From positions 36,319-100,318 of the forward strand of contig JBFMHM010000002.1 of NCBI GenBank assembly GCA_040753015.1: DNA of 64,000 nucleotides. Reading direction: 5' to 3'. Each line of letters starts with the position of its first letter. The stretch's first letter is position 1. The translations under genes and the position numbers were made by a program. A model generated the notes under the pieces. That model had not been told where the DNA came from, did no database searches, and was given only the letters and a program-made list of their open reading frames with translations. Shown piece after piece: positions 1-10,904 of the stretch. This DNA is from Candidatus Omnitrophota bacterium (GTDB lineage Bacteria > Omnitrophota > Gorgyraeia > Gygaellales > JBFMHM01).

Positions 1-394
1 ATTTATTATGGTAAAAATACCACTTATGTAAACCGGAAAGCACAGCAGTATTCATTAAAAATGCTTGCAATCCACCAACGGATTTCATTTTTCCTTTATA
101 AAAATATTCGAGGCCCCACATACCTTTCATACCAGCAAACTTTCTTAAATTTATCTGCTGCCTAAGACAAGTCTTGAATTGGTCAATTAATGGCTGTCCA
201 AAAATACACACAATATCAACGTCTTCTGTTTCTATGGATGCACATCTTAACGCTTCAAAGATTGTTTCTCTTGGTACTCCTGCAGCCATTTTAGCTCGAA
301 CTACACGCTCGCGGGAAATAGCCGAAATAATTTTACCATCTATGCTAATTGCAACTCCTGCGTCATGATCCGCATGTGTTCCCAAAACAATCAT
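1..394 (-). CDS. Carbamoyltransferase (NodU/CmcH family), N-terminal part; truncated by window edge
   Basis: Not in ORF track. Manual translation from ATG at 394 gives MIVLGTHADHDAGVAISIDGKIISAISRERVVRAKM..., which aligns with the N-terminus of the carbamoyltransferase at 11971-13719 (MIILGISAGHESGAALLKDGDIIFAASEERYARNKM). Frame stays open to position 1. Confidence 0.85.
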   Translation of the reverse strand, partial: MIVLGTHADHDAGVAISIDGKIISAISRERVVRAKMAAGVPRETIFEALRCASIETEDVDIVCIFGQPLIDQFKTCLRQQINLRKFAGMKGMWGLEYFYKGKMKSVGGLQAFLMNTAVLSGLHKWYFYHNK

Positions 395-428
395 ATCTAC
401 CCTTTACTATTTATATATTTTTAGAAAA

Positions 429-1535
429 TTATCCGGAGCTTATGACATCAATAATCCACGAAGCACCAGCCCTCCTAGGAAAACGCTCAATAAGTTTATA
501 ATCTACGCTGCATGATTTTTCCATCCATTGTTTTAAATCATTACGAGTAAAGTAATTAATAATAGGCGTATGTAGAAAATCAAAAGAATTTACGTGAAGA
601 TAATGAAAGCTATATCCTTCATATTGACTTAAGGGTAAACTATCCGCAACTCTATTTAATTTAATAACACGAAGAAATTTTCCTATCAAAGCTAAAACAT
701 AGCGAGGAAGTGTAACAATCGTTGCCACATGCCAAATCAACTTTATAGGTAACCAGCTGCAAAACATTCTTATTGCTTGTATAACATGCGTAACCACCGA
801 AACATTATAAGTCCACGCAAACACTCTCCCGCCAGGTTTCGCCATAGAACAAAGAGAAATAAACCCCTTATACGGATCAGGGAGATGTTGAAGTACGCCT
901 ATACAAATTGCAAGATCAAATTGTTTCGCCGTAATAGGTAAGTTAAAAATATCAGTCTGCACACATAAAACTCTTTCGTCAAAGTTATATTTTTCGTAAG
1001 CAAGCTCTATAGCTTCACTAAGATCAAAACAAACAATTTTTTTAATGCCGACATCGAGAAATAACCCTGTAAATCTGCCCTGTCCTGCTCCAGCATCAAT
1101 AATAGATTTTTCTGCGTATTCATTTGTATCAAGAAGCCCACCGGTAAGACGTAAAAATTCAGCTTCATCATAAGTTGTCATATTTTGCGCATCATATTTT
1201 TTCCACTGAAAAGCGTAGTAGCTTGCTGTTTTTGCCTTTCGAGAAAAAACAACAGAGTACAATAAATTATCAAGTTTTTTAAAATATTGCTCTGGTAACT
1301 TACTACTATAAATACTAATCCAATTTTTTAATTTATCCGAATCTATTACAGTGGCAAGAAGCTCCGGAGAGAGCATCCTTGGGACTCCGTTCATTAAAGG
1401 AAATAAGTGTTCCTGATTAGAACAACAAAAAATACCATCACGCAAATGAAACGCTTCGGATTTAAATACTTTAAGCGTGAGCAATTGCGAACATTGAGGG
1501 CATATAAAATAATCACTATATTTTTCGTGCATCAA
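429..1535 (-). CDS. Class I SAM-dependent methyltransferase with N-terminal Trm112-like domain
   Basis: N-terminal CPQC...FPLMNGVPRML (Trm112-like); SAM motif IIDAGAGQGRF; FDLAICIGVLQH; KPGG. Confidence 0.85.
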   Translation of the reverse strand: MMHEKYSDYFICPQCSQLLTLKVFKSEAFHLRDGIFCCSNQEHLFPLMNGVPRMLSPELLATVIDSDKLKNWISIYSSKLPEQYFKKLDNLLYSVVFSRKAKTASYYAFQWKKYDAQNMTTYDEAEFLRLTGGLLDTNEYAEKSIIDAGAGQGRFTGLFLDVGIKKIVCFDLSEAIELAYEKYNFDERVLCVQTDIFNLPITAKQFDLAICIGVLQHLPDPYKGFISLCSMAKPGGRVFAWTYNVSVVTHVIQAIRMFCSWLPIKLIWHVATIVTLPRYVLALIGKFLRVIKLNRVADSLPLSQYEGYSFHYLHVNSFDFLHTPIINYFTRNDLKQWMEKSCSVDYKLIERFPRRAGASWIIDVISSG

Positions 1536-3451
1536 GCATACTCCAAATTGCCATAATTGTTAACATCAGAAATATTATTATTTAACAAAAGTTCTTCGTG
1601 CCATATTATTAAGGACACCACCGCGGACACCTGTCTACCTCTATTAATTCTTCCATTACAATGATCTCGCCAATATTCCAAAACCTTATCGCCATTTAAC
1701 CCAATATCGCAGAGTTTATCTCTATCTAAAAGCTTATTCACTTGCTCCTTGAATTCACCTCTGAACCATTGATCTATTGGATATACAAAGCCACGCTTTG
1801 GAGCATTTCGTATGCTCTTAGGAATACGATTTACTAAAGCCTTTCTAATAAGCGGCTTTGTCTGATTCTTTGAAAATTTAATGTTTGGCGATAGTTTCAA
1901 AGAAAAATCATAAAAATCATTATCAAGAAACGGCACCCTCATTTCTACGCCATAAGCCATAGACGCCGCATCAAACCCAGCCAAAACATTTGACTGCATA
2001 AATGTATTAAAATCAATCCATAAAAGACGTTCTTCACCCTGAGGCTCTCTAAGATGGTCTATGTTTTTTAAAATATCCTCAAGACCAAAAGATGGTTTCT
2101 TTCCAAGTAAGCTCTCTTTTTCAAAATCATTAAAAATCTCCTTATATTTCAAATGTCCTAAGAAGGGTTCATAATCCGCACCATAGAGAAAACGGCGAAT
2201 TTTGAAATCAAAACTCATATTCTTATCTGAATAAGAAACTTTATCTATCAAATATTTTAGGACATTTTTAAAAAACCTGGGTAATTTCCTATACTGTTTA
2301 GCATAATAGTATGCATTTAAAGTAGGATATCCGGCAAACAACTCATCTCCTCCGGATCCAACAAGAATGACTTTATGACCTTCTTTTTTTGAAAACTGAC
2401 TGACAAGAGCAACAAGGCCAACCCCCCAGTCACCTATTGGTTCACCATAATTGCCAAGAATAAATCGCATTTGCTCCCAGAGATCTTTTGGTGTCATCAA
2501 TTTAGTCATGACTCTTGTATTAGAATAACGAGCCATTTCGACAGCTAAGCCAGACTCATCAAAAGATGGTTCATCAAATTGGAGGGAAAAACTTAAAGGC
2601 TTTTTTCCAAGTTCTTGAGCCGAATAAGACAAAATAGAACAAGAATCAAACCCCCCACTCAAAGATATGCCGACTGGCACATCTGAACGAAATTGTCTTT
2701 CAAGCGATTGTTTCATGTATTTATCAAAAAGTCCCAGCGCCTCGTTGAAGTTGGTAATTTCAGGCTTCCACTGAGGCGACCAATAACGGACAACTTCTTT
2801 TTTATTTCTTTTTAGACGTATAAAATAAGCTGGACGTAGTTTTTCAACCCCTTCTATCATGGACCATGGAGCGGGTAAAGAATATTGAGACAAGTATAAT
2901 TCCATAGCCGGTTGACTTATTTTTTTACTAGTCAAACCCAATCTTATCAATGCACCTAATTCTGAACTAAAATAAACACTATTTTCTTTTTCAACAATGT
3001 ATATGGGCTTAATACCGAAGCGATCCCGCGCTAAAACAAGCTCCTCTCGCTCTGGACAATAAGCAGCAAAAGCAAACATACCGTTAAATCGTGGTATGGC
3101 CTTTTCTGCTCCCCATTTAGAAATAGCTGTTATAAGCACTTCCGTGTCTGACTCTGTGTTAAACTGACACCCTTCAGATCTAAGTTCATCCCTTAACTCA
3201 ATATAATTATAAATTTCACCGTTAAAAATAACCACCCAGCGTCGCTTAGCATCCCACATTGGTTGATTACCGGCTTTCAAATCTATAATAGAAAGCCTTG
3301 TATGAACCAATAAAAGTTCTCTCTTGTCAGGCAAGATAGTTTTAAATTCTCCGTCTCCATCAGGGCCTCTATGCTTCAAAAGATTCTTTGCCCTAGTAGT
3401 AAGATCTGGATTAATTTTTTTGTCTGAAATGATTCCAAAAATTCCGCACAT
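1532..3451 (-). CDS. asnB: Asparagine synthase (glutamine-hydrolyzing) family amidotransferase
   Basis: MCGIFG Ntn start, HRGPD, HTRLSIIDL, FNGEIYN, LSGGFDS, GSGGDELFAGY, EMRVPFLD. Confidence 0.92.
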   Translation of the reverse strand: MCGIFGIISDKKINPDLTTRAKNLLKHRGPDGDGEFKTILPDKRELLLVHTRLSIIDLKAGNQPMWDAKRRWVVIFNGEIYNYIELRDELRSEGCQFNTESDTEVLITAISKWGAEKAIPRFNGMFAFAAYCPEREELVLARDRFGIKPIYIVEKENSVYFSSELGALIRLGLTSKKISQPAMELYLSQYSLPAPWSMIEGVEKLRPAYFIRLKRNKKEVVRYWSPQWKPEITNFNEALGLFDKYMKQSLERQFRSDVPVGISLSGGFDSCSILSYSAQELGKKPLSFSLQFDEPSFDESGLAVEMARYSNTRVMTKLMTPKDLWEQMRFILGNYGEPIGDWGVGLVALVSQFSKKEGHKVILVGSGGDELFAGYPTLNAYYYAKQYRKLPRFFKNVLKYLIDKVSYSDKNMSFDFKIRRFLYGADYEPFLGHLKYKEIFNDFEKESLLGKKPSFGLEDILKNIDHLREPQGEERLLWIDFNTFMQSNVLAGFDAASMAYGVEMRVPFLDNDFYDFSLKLSPNIKFSKNQTKPLIRKALVNRIPKSIRNAPKRGFVYPIDQWFRGEFKEQVNKLLDRDKLCDIGLNGDKVLEYWRDHCNGRINRGRQVSAVVSLIIWHEELLLNNNISDVNNYGNLEYA

Positions 3452-3466
3452 AAATGACCTATTTAG

Positions 3467-4465
3467 TTATTTATTATAGTGTCGCCTTGTACTAAGATTT
3501 AAAGTACTTCTTCCATACCCCATACCCTCTTGCATGTCAAAAAACATCGCAAAAAAGATAGATTGAATACCTATAGAAACAAAAAGCGAACATATAACGG
3601 TAGTTCCTGCAGATGGTATGATATTATTGAAAAACTTCATAAATAAAATATAAGAACCTATGCCTAACCCTGTTAAACAAAAAATCATGCCAAAAAAGAA
3701 CAGAAACACTAATGGATGAAAATTTGAAAAAATATATTTGTAAAACATCCTATAGAAAAAATTTCTAAAAAGCATCGGAGAAACACTTAAGGCATACGAA
3801 AAACCTTTTATTTGAGATTGCCTCTCGTTAGGTAAATATATAGCACGCCGTGGTACATCAATAACCCTAAAACCTTCGATATTAAAACGCATCAAAAAAT
3901 CCATTGGATAGCCATATTTTTTCCATGCCTTATCCCAATCTATGGCTAAGAGCGCTTGTTTATTTATAGCCGTATATCCATCTACCACATCAAAAATATG
4001 ATAATATCCTGACGAAATTTTAGTCATCAAAGAAATTAGAGTATTTCCGAAAAGCCGTATTTTTGGCATATCTTCAAATGCATTACCTTTTACCATAAAA
4101 CGATTTCCTTTTACATAGTCAGCACAATCATCAACAATTGGATCTAAAAATCTAGATAATTCATCAAGTGGCATTTGATTATCACCACCTACAACAACCA
4201 CAATATCAAAATTTTCTTTTATTGCTGCTTTATAACCAGTTATAATAGCTGCTCCTGGACCCTGATTAACGCTATGTTTTATTAATTGAATTCTTGAATC
4301 GCTTTTTGCGCATTGCATTATTACGGCATTTTGATTATCAGGGCTCTTATCATCAACAACATAAACACTATCAATAACACTAGGCATACTTTCTAATGTT
4401 GGTTTTATCAATTTTTCTTCTTTGTAAGCAGGAATAACCAAGGCTATTCTTTTATCTCTATACAT
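3467..4465 (-). CDS. GT2 glycosyltransferase (polyprenol-phosphate glycosyltransferase/GtrB-ArnC-like) with two C-terminal TM helices
   Basis: VIPAYKEE, VVDDKSPD, NQGPGAA, GGDNQM, hydrophobic C-terminus. Start placed at MYRDKR (ATG 4465, preceded by AAGGAG). Confidence 0.85.
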   Translation of the reverse strand: MYRDKRIALVIPAYKEEKLIKPTLESMPSVIDSVYVVDDKSPDNQNAVIMQCAKSDSRIQLIKHSVNQGPGAAIITGYKAAIKENFDIVVVVGGDNQMPLDELSRFLDPIVDDCADYVKGNRFMVKGNAFEDMPKIRLFGNTLISLMTKISSGYYHIFDVVDGYTAINKQALLAIDWDKAWKKYGYPMDFLMRFNIEGFRVIDVPRRAIYLPNERQSQIKGFSYALSVSPMLFRNFFYRMFYKYIFSNFHPLVFLFFFGMIFCLTGLGIGSYILFMKFFNNIIPSAGTTVICSLFVSIGIQSIFFAMFFDMQEGMGYGRSTLNLSTRRHYNK

Positions 4466-5579
4466 TTCGCTCCTTATTTTTAAAAAATTCGATAACATAG
4501 GCAATTATATAATCGTGTTGTTCTTTATCCATCTCTGGAAAAATTGGTAAAGATAATATTTTTTTTGCCTTATTGCACGAAACAGGAAAATCTGCTTCTT
4601 TTAATTTAAGATATTCATATGCTGGTTGCACTGGTAACGGAATAGGATAATGAATCCCAGTAGAAATACCTTTTTCTAAAAGATACTTTCTTAGTTCTTC
4701 GCGGTAACGCGTTTCTACTACATAAAGATGATATGCGCTTTTAAGTCCTTCCGGTTCTTTATAAATTTTCAAATCGCCAATACCATTTAATCGTTGAGAA
4801 TAGATATCGGCCAATTCCCGCCTTGATTGATTCCAGCCTCGTAAAAATGGTAATTTTACAGCAAGTATAGCTCCTTGAATCTCATCCATCCGCATATTAT
4901 AACCCTCAAAATCATGAATATACTTACCGCCTCTTCCATGGTTTCTAAGTTTTGCAACGTATTCAGCTATTATTGAATTATTTGTAGCAACTGCTCCAGC
5001 ATCGCCAAATGCTCCTAAATTTTTCCCCGGGAAAAAACTATATGTAGCAATATCTACCATTCCTGCAATACTCTTTCCATTAATCTCGGCTCCATGCGCT
5101 TGAGCGCAGTCTGCCACAACTCTTAAATTGTATTTTTCTGCTATTTTATTTAAACTTTTAATATCTACTGGTAAGCCATAAAGACATACAGGCAATAAAA
5201 CCTTAGTTTTATCGCTAATCTTTGATAAAACATCTTCCGGAGAAATATTGTTAGTTTCTGGGTCGACATCTGCAAAAACAACCCGTGCACCCGTCATTGT
5301 AATGGCTTCGGATGTTGCTATAAAGCTATTTGCTGCAGTAATAACTTCGTCACCGTAACCAACATTTAAAGCTTTTAACGCCAAATAGATAGCATCTGTT
5401 CCATTTGCACAACCAATGACATGTTGTACATTTAAATATTTGCTGAAAGCCTCTTCAAATATTTTTACATGCCGACCCTGAATAAACTCTACGTTATTTA
5501 TACACTCAGCTATCGCAGAATCAATTTGCATTTTAATTTTATTATATTGTATTTTTAAATCAACAAATGGAATCCTCAT
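4458..5579 (-). CDS. DegT/DnrJ/EryC1/StrS sugar aminotransferase (WbpE/FdtB-like)
   Basis: IPFVDLK, ANGTDA, DCAQAHGA, SFFPGKNLGAFGDAG (PLP lysine), GIHYPIPL. Confidence 0.92.
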   Translation of the reverse strand: MRIPFVDLKIQYNKIKMQIDSAIAECINNVEFIQGRHVKIFEEAFSKYLNVQHVIGCANGTDAIYLALKALNVGYGDEVITAANSFIATSEAITMTGARVVFADVDPETNNISPEDVLSKISDKTKVLLPVCLYGLPVDIKSLNKIAEKYNLRVVADCAQAHGAEINGKSIAGMVDIATYSFFPGKNLGAFGDAGAVATNNSIIAEYVAKLRNHGRGGKYIHDFEGYNMRMDEIQGAILAVKLPFLRGWNQSRRELADIYSQRLNGIGDLKIYKEPEGLKSAYHLYVVETRYREELRKYLLEKGISTGIHYPIPLPVQPAYEYLKLKEADFPVSCNKAKKILSLPIFPEMDKEQHDYIIAYVIEFFKNKERNV

Positions 5580-7198
5580 GTTTTTATTTTTATTTTATTG
5601 CAATAATAAAATGTTATAAATTTATCAATTGAAAAATTTATAAGCCTAATTAATGTTAAAAACCCTAAGAAATAAAAAATCACCATAAAAGGATCAATAG
5701 GAATACGCATTCTGTATGTTCCGGGAACGAATAACATAGGTATGATTAAATTATAAATAATAATCCCGCTAAAAATAAACCATACAAGCTTGTTAGGGCT
5801 CTTAAAAATATTAATAATTGAAACACAAAACCCAATAATCAAAAATAAGAAGAATAGTATTTTTTTATTATCGCTCATAATAAAATAATAATATGTGCTA
5901 GCTATGTATGCATAAATTTTGGTAAAAATATTTGGTTTCGCGTTAAACTTAACGTATCTTTTAGTTGGATCGTGCACCCAAACATCGAGAACATCTCTAT
6001 GTGCTTTTTCAGCATCTAGTAAGCCCTTATAAGGATATTTACCCGTATTATATGACCTTAACCCCGGTATATATAAAACTGTGGGCTCTACGACTAGTTG
6101 CATTAGAACTACATACCTAAAGGTATTTTTAAAATATTCAAAAGGGTACTTTTTTATGCAATCTAAAGAAGCTCGAAGAAGAACATCATCTACATCTGCT
6201 GCTAGTTTAATTTTCTTATCTTGGAAATAAGAACAAAAAGCAGGAATATGACGCTTCCATGCATCAGGACCGAAATAATAATCATAATATTTCCATGATT
6301 TTCTTTGTTCGAGCCCCTCTTTTTCTTTGCGAAAAGCAATATTCCTCTCAAATGATTCCTTGATATCTTTAATATAAACACTATCGTAATCTACTATTTT
6401 TTCATATTCCACAACACGTGAATACAAATTAAGCCCAACACATTTAGTCATAGCAAAAAATCCATTATGTTTAGAATTGTAAATCATCCATGGCAATATA
6501 CTACTTAGATAAAAAACTGCTCCTATCAAAAATAAAAAAGTTGATTTAAGCTTATTAGCATTTTTTTTGTTGAGTAAAAAGATAGTGAATAGAACACAAA
6601 GAAATACAACTAATAGTTGTGCTATAGGCCTAATATTAGTTGCAAAACCAGTAAAAACAAAGGAAAATAATAAAAATTTATACTTCTTTGTTTCAGCATA
6701 TTGCATATAAAAATAAATGATAAAAGCTAAAATGAATGAATAAAAAAGTTCAGTCATAACATAATTTGCATATGACCAGATTTGCAAAGAAAAACAAGAT
6801 AATAAACCGCATAATAAACTTTTTAGCCTATCCTTAAAAAGCAAGAAAGAAATAAAATATACCATTAAAATTATAATTACAGCCATTAAATGCTGCGTAA
6901 AACGTAAAGCAAAAGTAAAATTTTCGGGAAAAATTTTAAGCAAACCTACTAAAAGAAGCGGATAACCGGGTGTTCGATTAATGCTTAACGAGGAAAAATC
7001 AAAAAAATCTTTTATTCGAACAGCAGCTACAACATAAGTACCTGAATCAGAAAAAACCATAATAGTAGTTCCTAAAAAAATAATAGTTTGAGTTAAAATT
7101 GCAACCGCGAGTAAAAAATAGAAATGTTGAAACCCAGAATTACACCAATTCTCTAGACTAATAACTATAGAGTTTATATATTTTTTAAAGTTGATCAT
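5576..7198 (-). CDS. Multi-TM membrane glycosyltransferase, GT-C fold (ArnT/PMT/GT39-like)
   Basis: DSGTY, RTPGYP and MTE motifs, about 11 hydrophobic segments, large soluble loop, late YRMRIP. Confidence 0.65.
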   Translation of the reverse strand: MINFKKYINSIVISLENWCNSGFQHFYFLLAVAILTQTIIFLGTTIMVFSDSGTYVVAAVRIKDFFDFSSLSINRTPGYPLLLVGLLKIFPENFTFALRFTQHLMAVIIILMVYFISFLLFKDRLKSLLCGLLSCFSLQIWSYANYVMTELFYSFILAFIIYFYMQYAETKKYKFLLFSFVFTGFATNIRPIAQLLVVFLCVLFTIFLLNKKNANKLKSTFLFLIGAVFYLSSILPWMIYNSKHNGFFAMTKCVGLNLYSRVVEYEKIVDYDSVYIKDIKESFERNIAFRKEKEGLEQRKSWKYYDYYFGPDAWKRHIPAFCSYFQDKKIKLAADVDDVLLRASLDCIKKYPFEYFKNTFRYVVLMQLVVEPTVLYIPGLRSYNTGKYPYKGLLDAEKAHRDVLDVWVHDPTKRYVKFNAKPNIFTKIYAYIASTYYYFIMSDNKKILFFLFLIIGFCVSIINIFKSPNKLVWFIFSGIIIYNLIIPMLFVPGTYRMRIPIDPFMVIFYFLGFLTLIRLINFSIDKFITFYYCNKIKIKT

Positions 7199-8624
7199 TT
7201 TTTACCCGTAAAATACTAAGACATCCTTTAAAAATAAATTTTAAAAAAAGATTTAACATTTCAATCAATCCAAGCATTTTAATTACAGTAAAAATTCTTC
7301 TTGGAGTTAAATGAATTCTTAACAAACCAATTTTTTGTAAAGAAATAAGGTCTCTTGAAGTTAAATCATTAACCGATATTGGGCTAGAATCATAACGCCT
7401 GTATTCAGAAAAGTCGTTTATTGAAAGCCGCATTCCATGCTTACCACTAACTGCCCAATCATACATAACAGAACCCGGATAAGGATTTGCTATTGAAAAA
7501 TTTGAATACAAAACCTGCGGAATACTTTTTACAAAACGAATAGTTTTCTCAACAGATTTTTTTGTTTCACCAGGTAAACCCAACATGACAGAACAAGCTG
7601 GCTCAATTCCAAGCTCCTCGGTTATTTTAAAAGCATCTAGCATGGCTTCATGAGTAACATCTTTGCGAATTATCTTTAAAATTTTTGGATCTCCACTCTC
7701 AATGCCATAGCTAATCCTTATTAGACCGGCTTTCTTCATTAGTTCTAATATTTTTTTATCTACAAGATTAGCTCTTGTCCACCCTTCAAATGTGATCTTA
7801 ATATTACGCCCCAAAATCTCATCGCAAACTCCTTTTATCTGTTCTTGCTTTAAAGTTAAATTCGAATCCATAAAAAAGAAATGCGATATACCTAATAAAT
7901 CTAGCCATTGCTCTATTTCGTCTACGATGTTTCTCGGTGAACGAAATCTAATACTTGGATTAGTTAATGGCTCGCTACAAAAAACACATTTAAACGGACA
8001 CCCCCTTGTTGCCATAATCGGTAAGTAATTGCGTGATTTAAACTTAGCAAATGTCATAACATATTTTTTATGATTTATTAAATGCATTGCCGGGAATTGA
8101 AGCTCATCTAAACTATTTATTCGGTTTGCGGGTTCGGTCTCAATAATTTTTCCGTTTTCCCTATAAATAAAACCTTTTATCGAATCATAATTATCTAATT
8201 TGTTTTCAATAATATTTAAGAAATAATTAAAAGAATTGTCGCTTTCTCCAAAAAAACCATAATCAAAACAGTCAAAAAATGCCTCTTTTTTAAAAATATT
8301 AATATGCTCTCCGCCAATTAAAACTGGAGATTTAAATCCTTTCGCTTTAATCTCTTTGGCTAAGATAACAGCTTTATGAAATATAGGTGAAGTCGCCGTA
8401 ATACCAACAAGATCGAAATTATGCCTAATAACAGTATCAACTAATGACTTCGTATTATAATCTTCAACGTCGGCATCTATAAATCTCACTTTGTGCCCTC
8501 TTTTTTCGGCAACTGAAGCGAGATATAAAATTCCAAGCGGTGGCTGTGAATTACGTTTTTTTGCAATTTTTGCAAATATACCTAAATCTTCAGTCCATGT
8601 AGGACTTACAAACAAAATTTTCAT
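7185..8624 (-). CDS. Cobalamin-binding domain radical SAM protein (class B methylase-like)
   Basis: PPLGILYLAS, GGEH, RGCPFKCVFC, GIESG, PYPGS. Confidence 0.9.
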   Translation of the reverse strand: MKILFVSPTWTEDLGIFAKIAKKRNSQPPLGILYLASVAEKRGHKVRFIDADVEDYNTKSLVDTVIRHNFDLVGITATSPIFHKAVILAKEIKAKGFKSPVLIGGEHINIFKKEAFFDCFDYGFFGESDNSFNYFLNIIENKLDNYDSIKGFIYRENGKIIETEPANRINSLDELQFPAMHLINHKKYVMTFAKFKSRNYLPIMATRGCPFKCVFCSEPLTNPSIRFRSPRNIVDEIEQWLDLLGISHFFFMDSNLTLKQEQIKGVCDEILGRNIKITFEGWTRANLVDKKILELMKKAGLIRISYGIESGDPKILKIIRKDVTHEAMLDAFKITEELGIEPACSVMLGLPGETKKSVEKTIRFVKSIPQVLYSNFSIANPYPGSVMYDWAVSGKHGMRLSINDFSEYRRYDSSPISVNDLTSRDLISLQKIGLLRIHLTPRRIFTVIKMLGLIEMLNLFLKFIFKGCLSILRVKNDQL

Positions 8625-9502
8625 TATTTATTATTTTTATATATCTTTCTTAATTGTTCGGCTAGTAATCCCATCGAAAAAATAGGAACAAAACTAGCAA
8701 CACAGATCCCAGAAACTATATTAATAACTTGTGAGTTTATATAATAGCTATTCAGTATCCATAAAAACAAACCAGAAATAGCATTAAAAATTGCTATAAG
8801 AAGAAATAGCTTTAAGGGGTTGTAGTAAATAAAAGCTTCTATTATTATTTGAGCCGCCCTAAGAGTATCTTTAAAATGTCTAACTTTTGATTTCCCTTCC
8901 CTCTTAAAATAATCAATCGGAATATATTTTACGTAAAAATGATTTAATAAAAATATTAGCGTTAAAGTGGTTGTAAAAGAAAATCCTGTGCATAAAGAAT
9001 CCTGGAATGTTAATACAATTTCTTTATTAAATATCCTTAATCCCGAATTAACATCGGGTATCTTTCGACCGCAAGCATATTCAGTTAAATGTTTAAACAA
9101 TATCCTAGCAGGCCTTTTTAGCATTCCTTTATTGTATTCTCGACCTTGCCTTGCCCCAACAACCATATGATACTGAGGGTAATACTTATACAACTCTTTG
9201 ATGCTTTCAGCAGGATAAGATCCATCGCCATCAATTATGGCTATACAGCTATATTTTGCAGCGATAATTCCATTAAATAAAGCTTTGCCATAACCGAGAT
9301 TTTCTACATGATCGATTACGGAGAAATTTTTTAATTTTAGCTCTTGTAATATCTTGACTGTATTATCGGTTGAGCCATCATTCACAACAATAAGTTCATA
9401 TTCATTAAAGTCTTTAAATTCAGTTGCAATATCGGTTAAAGTTTTTGAAATAGATTTTTCTTCATTATAAACAGGAACGATTATACTAATCATTTTCACC
9501 AC
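8624..9502 (-). CDS. GT2 glycosyltransferase with two C-terminal TM helices
   Basis: IIVPVYNEE, VNDGSTD, NLGYGKAL, IDGDGSY, DVNSGLRIF. Confidence 0.9.
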   Translation of the reverse strand: MVKMISIIVPVYNEEKSISKTLTDIATEFKDFNEYELIVVNDGSTDNTVKILQELKLKNFSVIDHVENLGYGKALFNGIIAAKYSCIAIIDGDGSYPAESIKELYKYYPQYHMVVGARQGREYNKGMLKRPARILFKHLTEYACGRKIPDVNSGLRIFNKEIVLTFQDSLCTGFSFTTTLTLIFLLNHFYVKYIPIDYFKREGKSKVRHFKDTLRAAQIIIEAFIYYNPLKLFLLIAIFNAISGLFLWILNSYYINSQVINIVSGICVASFVPIFSMGLLAEQLRKIYKNNK

Positions 9503-10899
9503 CTTGTTTTTAAAAAAGCGCTTATATGTGCAAATATGGTACGGTTTAATAGTGTTTTATAAATCATACGCAAAATATAGTCTATCCGAAAATAAAATTT
9601 TTTATGGGAAAGGTTGTAGTATTTATAAATAGTATTCCAAGAAAGAACATCATGATCATAAAGATATTGTGGTGATACCGAAAAATTATATTTTTCCCAA
9701 TCTTTTGTTTTTATCTGCCCGCGAGATAACATTAAATTAAACATTTGAGTGCCTGGAAGCGGAATAGCTATCGCAAATTTAGCATAATCCGGATTAAGTT
9801 TTATTGCGAAATCGATAGATTTCTTAATATCTACTTCATTCTCTGTTGGATTACCCAGCATAAAATAACACTCAGTTTCTAATTTTGCATTCTTGGCCGA
9901 CTCAACTGCTTCTTCAACCTGTTTAAGCGTTATCATTTTATTTACAATATTCAAAATCCTTATTGAACCAGATTCTACACCAAAAGGAATCCTGTAACAT
10001 CCGGCTCGTTTCATAATCCTTAAAAGTTCAATATTAATTCTATCTACTCTTATGCCTCCCCTTGGATACCATGGAAACTTTAATTTCTTTTCAATTATTA
10101 TTTCACATATTCTAAACGCTCTTTTCATGTCCACTGTGAATATATCATCAATAATTTGTATTTCTTTAAATCCTAATTCAAGCATCTTTTCGATTTCTTC
10201 CACAACCTTCTCAGGAGATTTCATTCTTACTACATTCCCATGTATATTTTTATTACAAAAAATACACCTTCCATAACATCCCCTAGATGTTTCAAGATAG
10301 CCTATTGGATCTTTCCTGCTTGAGATTTTTGGCTGACGACAGCTCTTAATATTCAATAAGTCATAAGCAGGAAATGGAAGAGAATCAAGATCCTTTACAA
10401 CAAAATTCTGAATCTTGGAGGCCACAACTTCGTTATTTTTTTTAAAATAAATATTAGGTATATCGACATTAATGCCTGATTCGGCAATCATCTTTAATAT
10501 ATAATCCCCTTCTCCTCTAACAACACAATCTATTTGGCTTTCTATTAAAACTTCTTCCGGAAGAGCTGAAACATGAGGCCCGCCTACAACAACTAAAATT
10601 TTATTATTGATTTTTTTAACTAAAGAACTGATCCTGTAAGCATTATATATAAGCGGGGTAGTAGTTGTAATTCCAACGATATCTGGTTTAAAATTAATAA
10701 TTTCGTTATGTAAAGTATTATCGTTTGCATTTAGATTATTTAAATCTATAATTTTAACTCTATGCCCAGCATTAACTAAAGGGGCTGCTACAGAAATTAA
10801 TCCTAATGGTGTTATACCTCGAGATATCGCGCTCTTGACCTTTGAATGCGAAAATATTTCTTCGTAATAGTTTGGATTAACTAATAGAACTTTTTTCAT
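9496..10899 (-). CDS. Cobalamin-binding domain radical SAM protein
   Basis: TPLGLISVA, GGPH, RGEGD, SRGCYGRCIFC, GVESG, PLPGT. Confidence 0.9.
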   Translation of the reverse strand: MKKVLLVNPNYYEEIFSHSKVKSAISRGITPLGLISVAAPLVNAGHRVKIIDLNNLNANDNTLHNEIINFKPDIVGITTTTPLIYNAYRISSLVKKINNKILVVVGGPHVSALPEEVLIESQIDCVVRGEGDYILKMIAESGINVDIPNIYFKKNNEVVASKIQNFVVKDLDSLPFPAYDLLNIKSCRQPKISSRKDPIGYLETSRGCYGRCIFCNKNIHGNVVRMKSPEKVVEEIEKMLELGFKEIQIIDDIFTVDMKRAFRICEIIIEKKLKFPWYPRGGIRVDRINIELLRIMKRAGCYRIPFGVESGSIRILNIVNKMITLKQVEEAVESAKNAKLETECYFMLGNPTENEVDIKKSIDFAIKLNPDYAKFAIAIPLPGTQMFNLMLSRGQIKTKDWEKYNFSVSPQYLYDHDVLSWNTIYKYYNLSHKKFYFRIDYILRMIYKTLLNRTIFAHISAFLKTRW

Positions 10900-10904
10900 T
10901 TAAC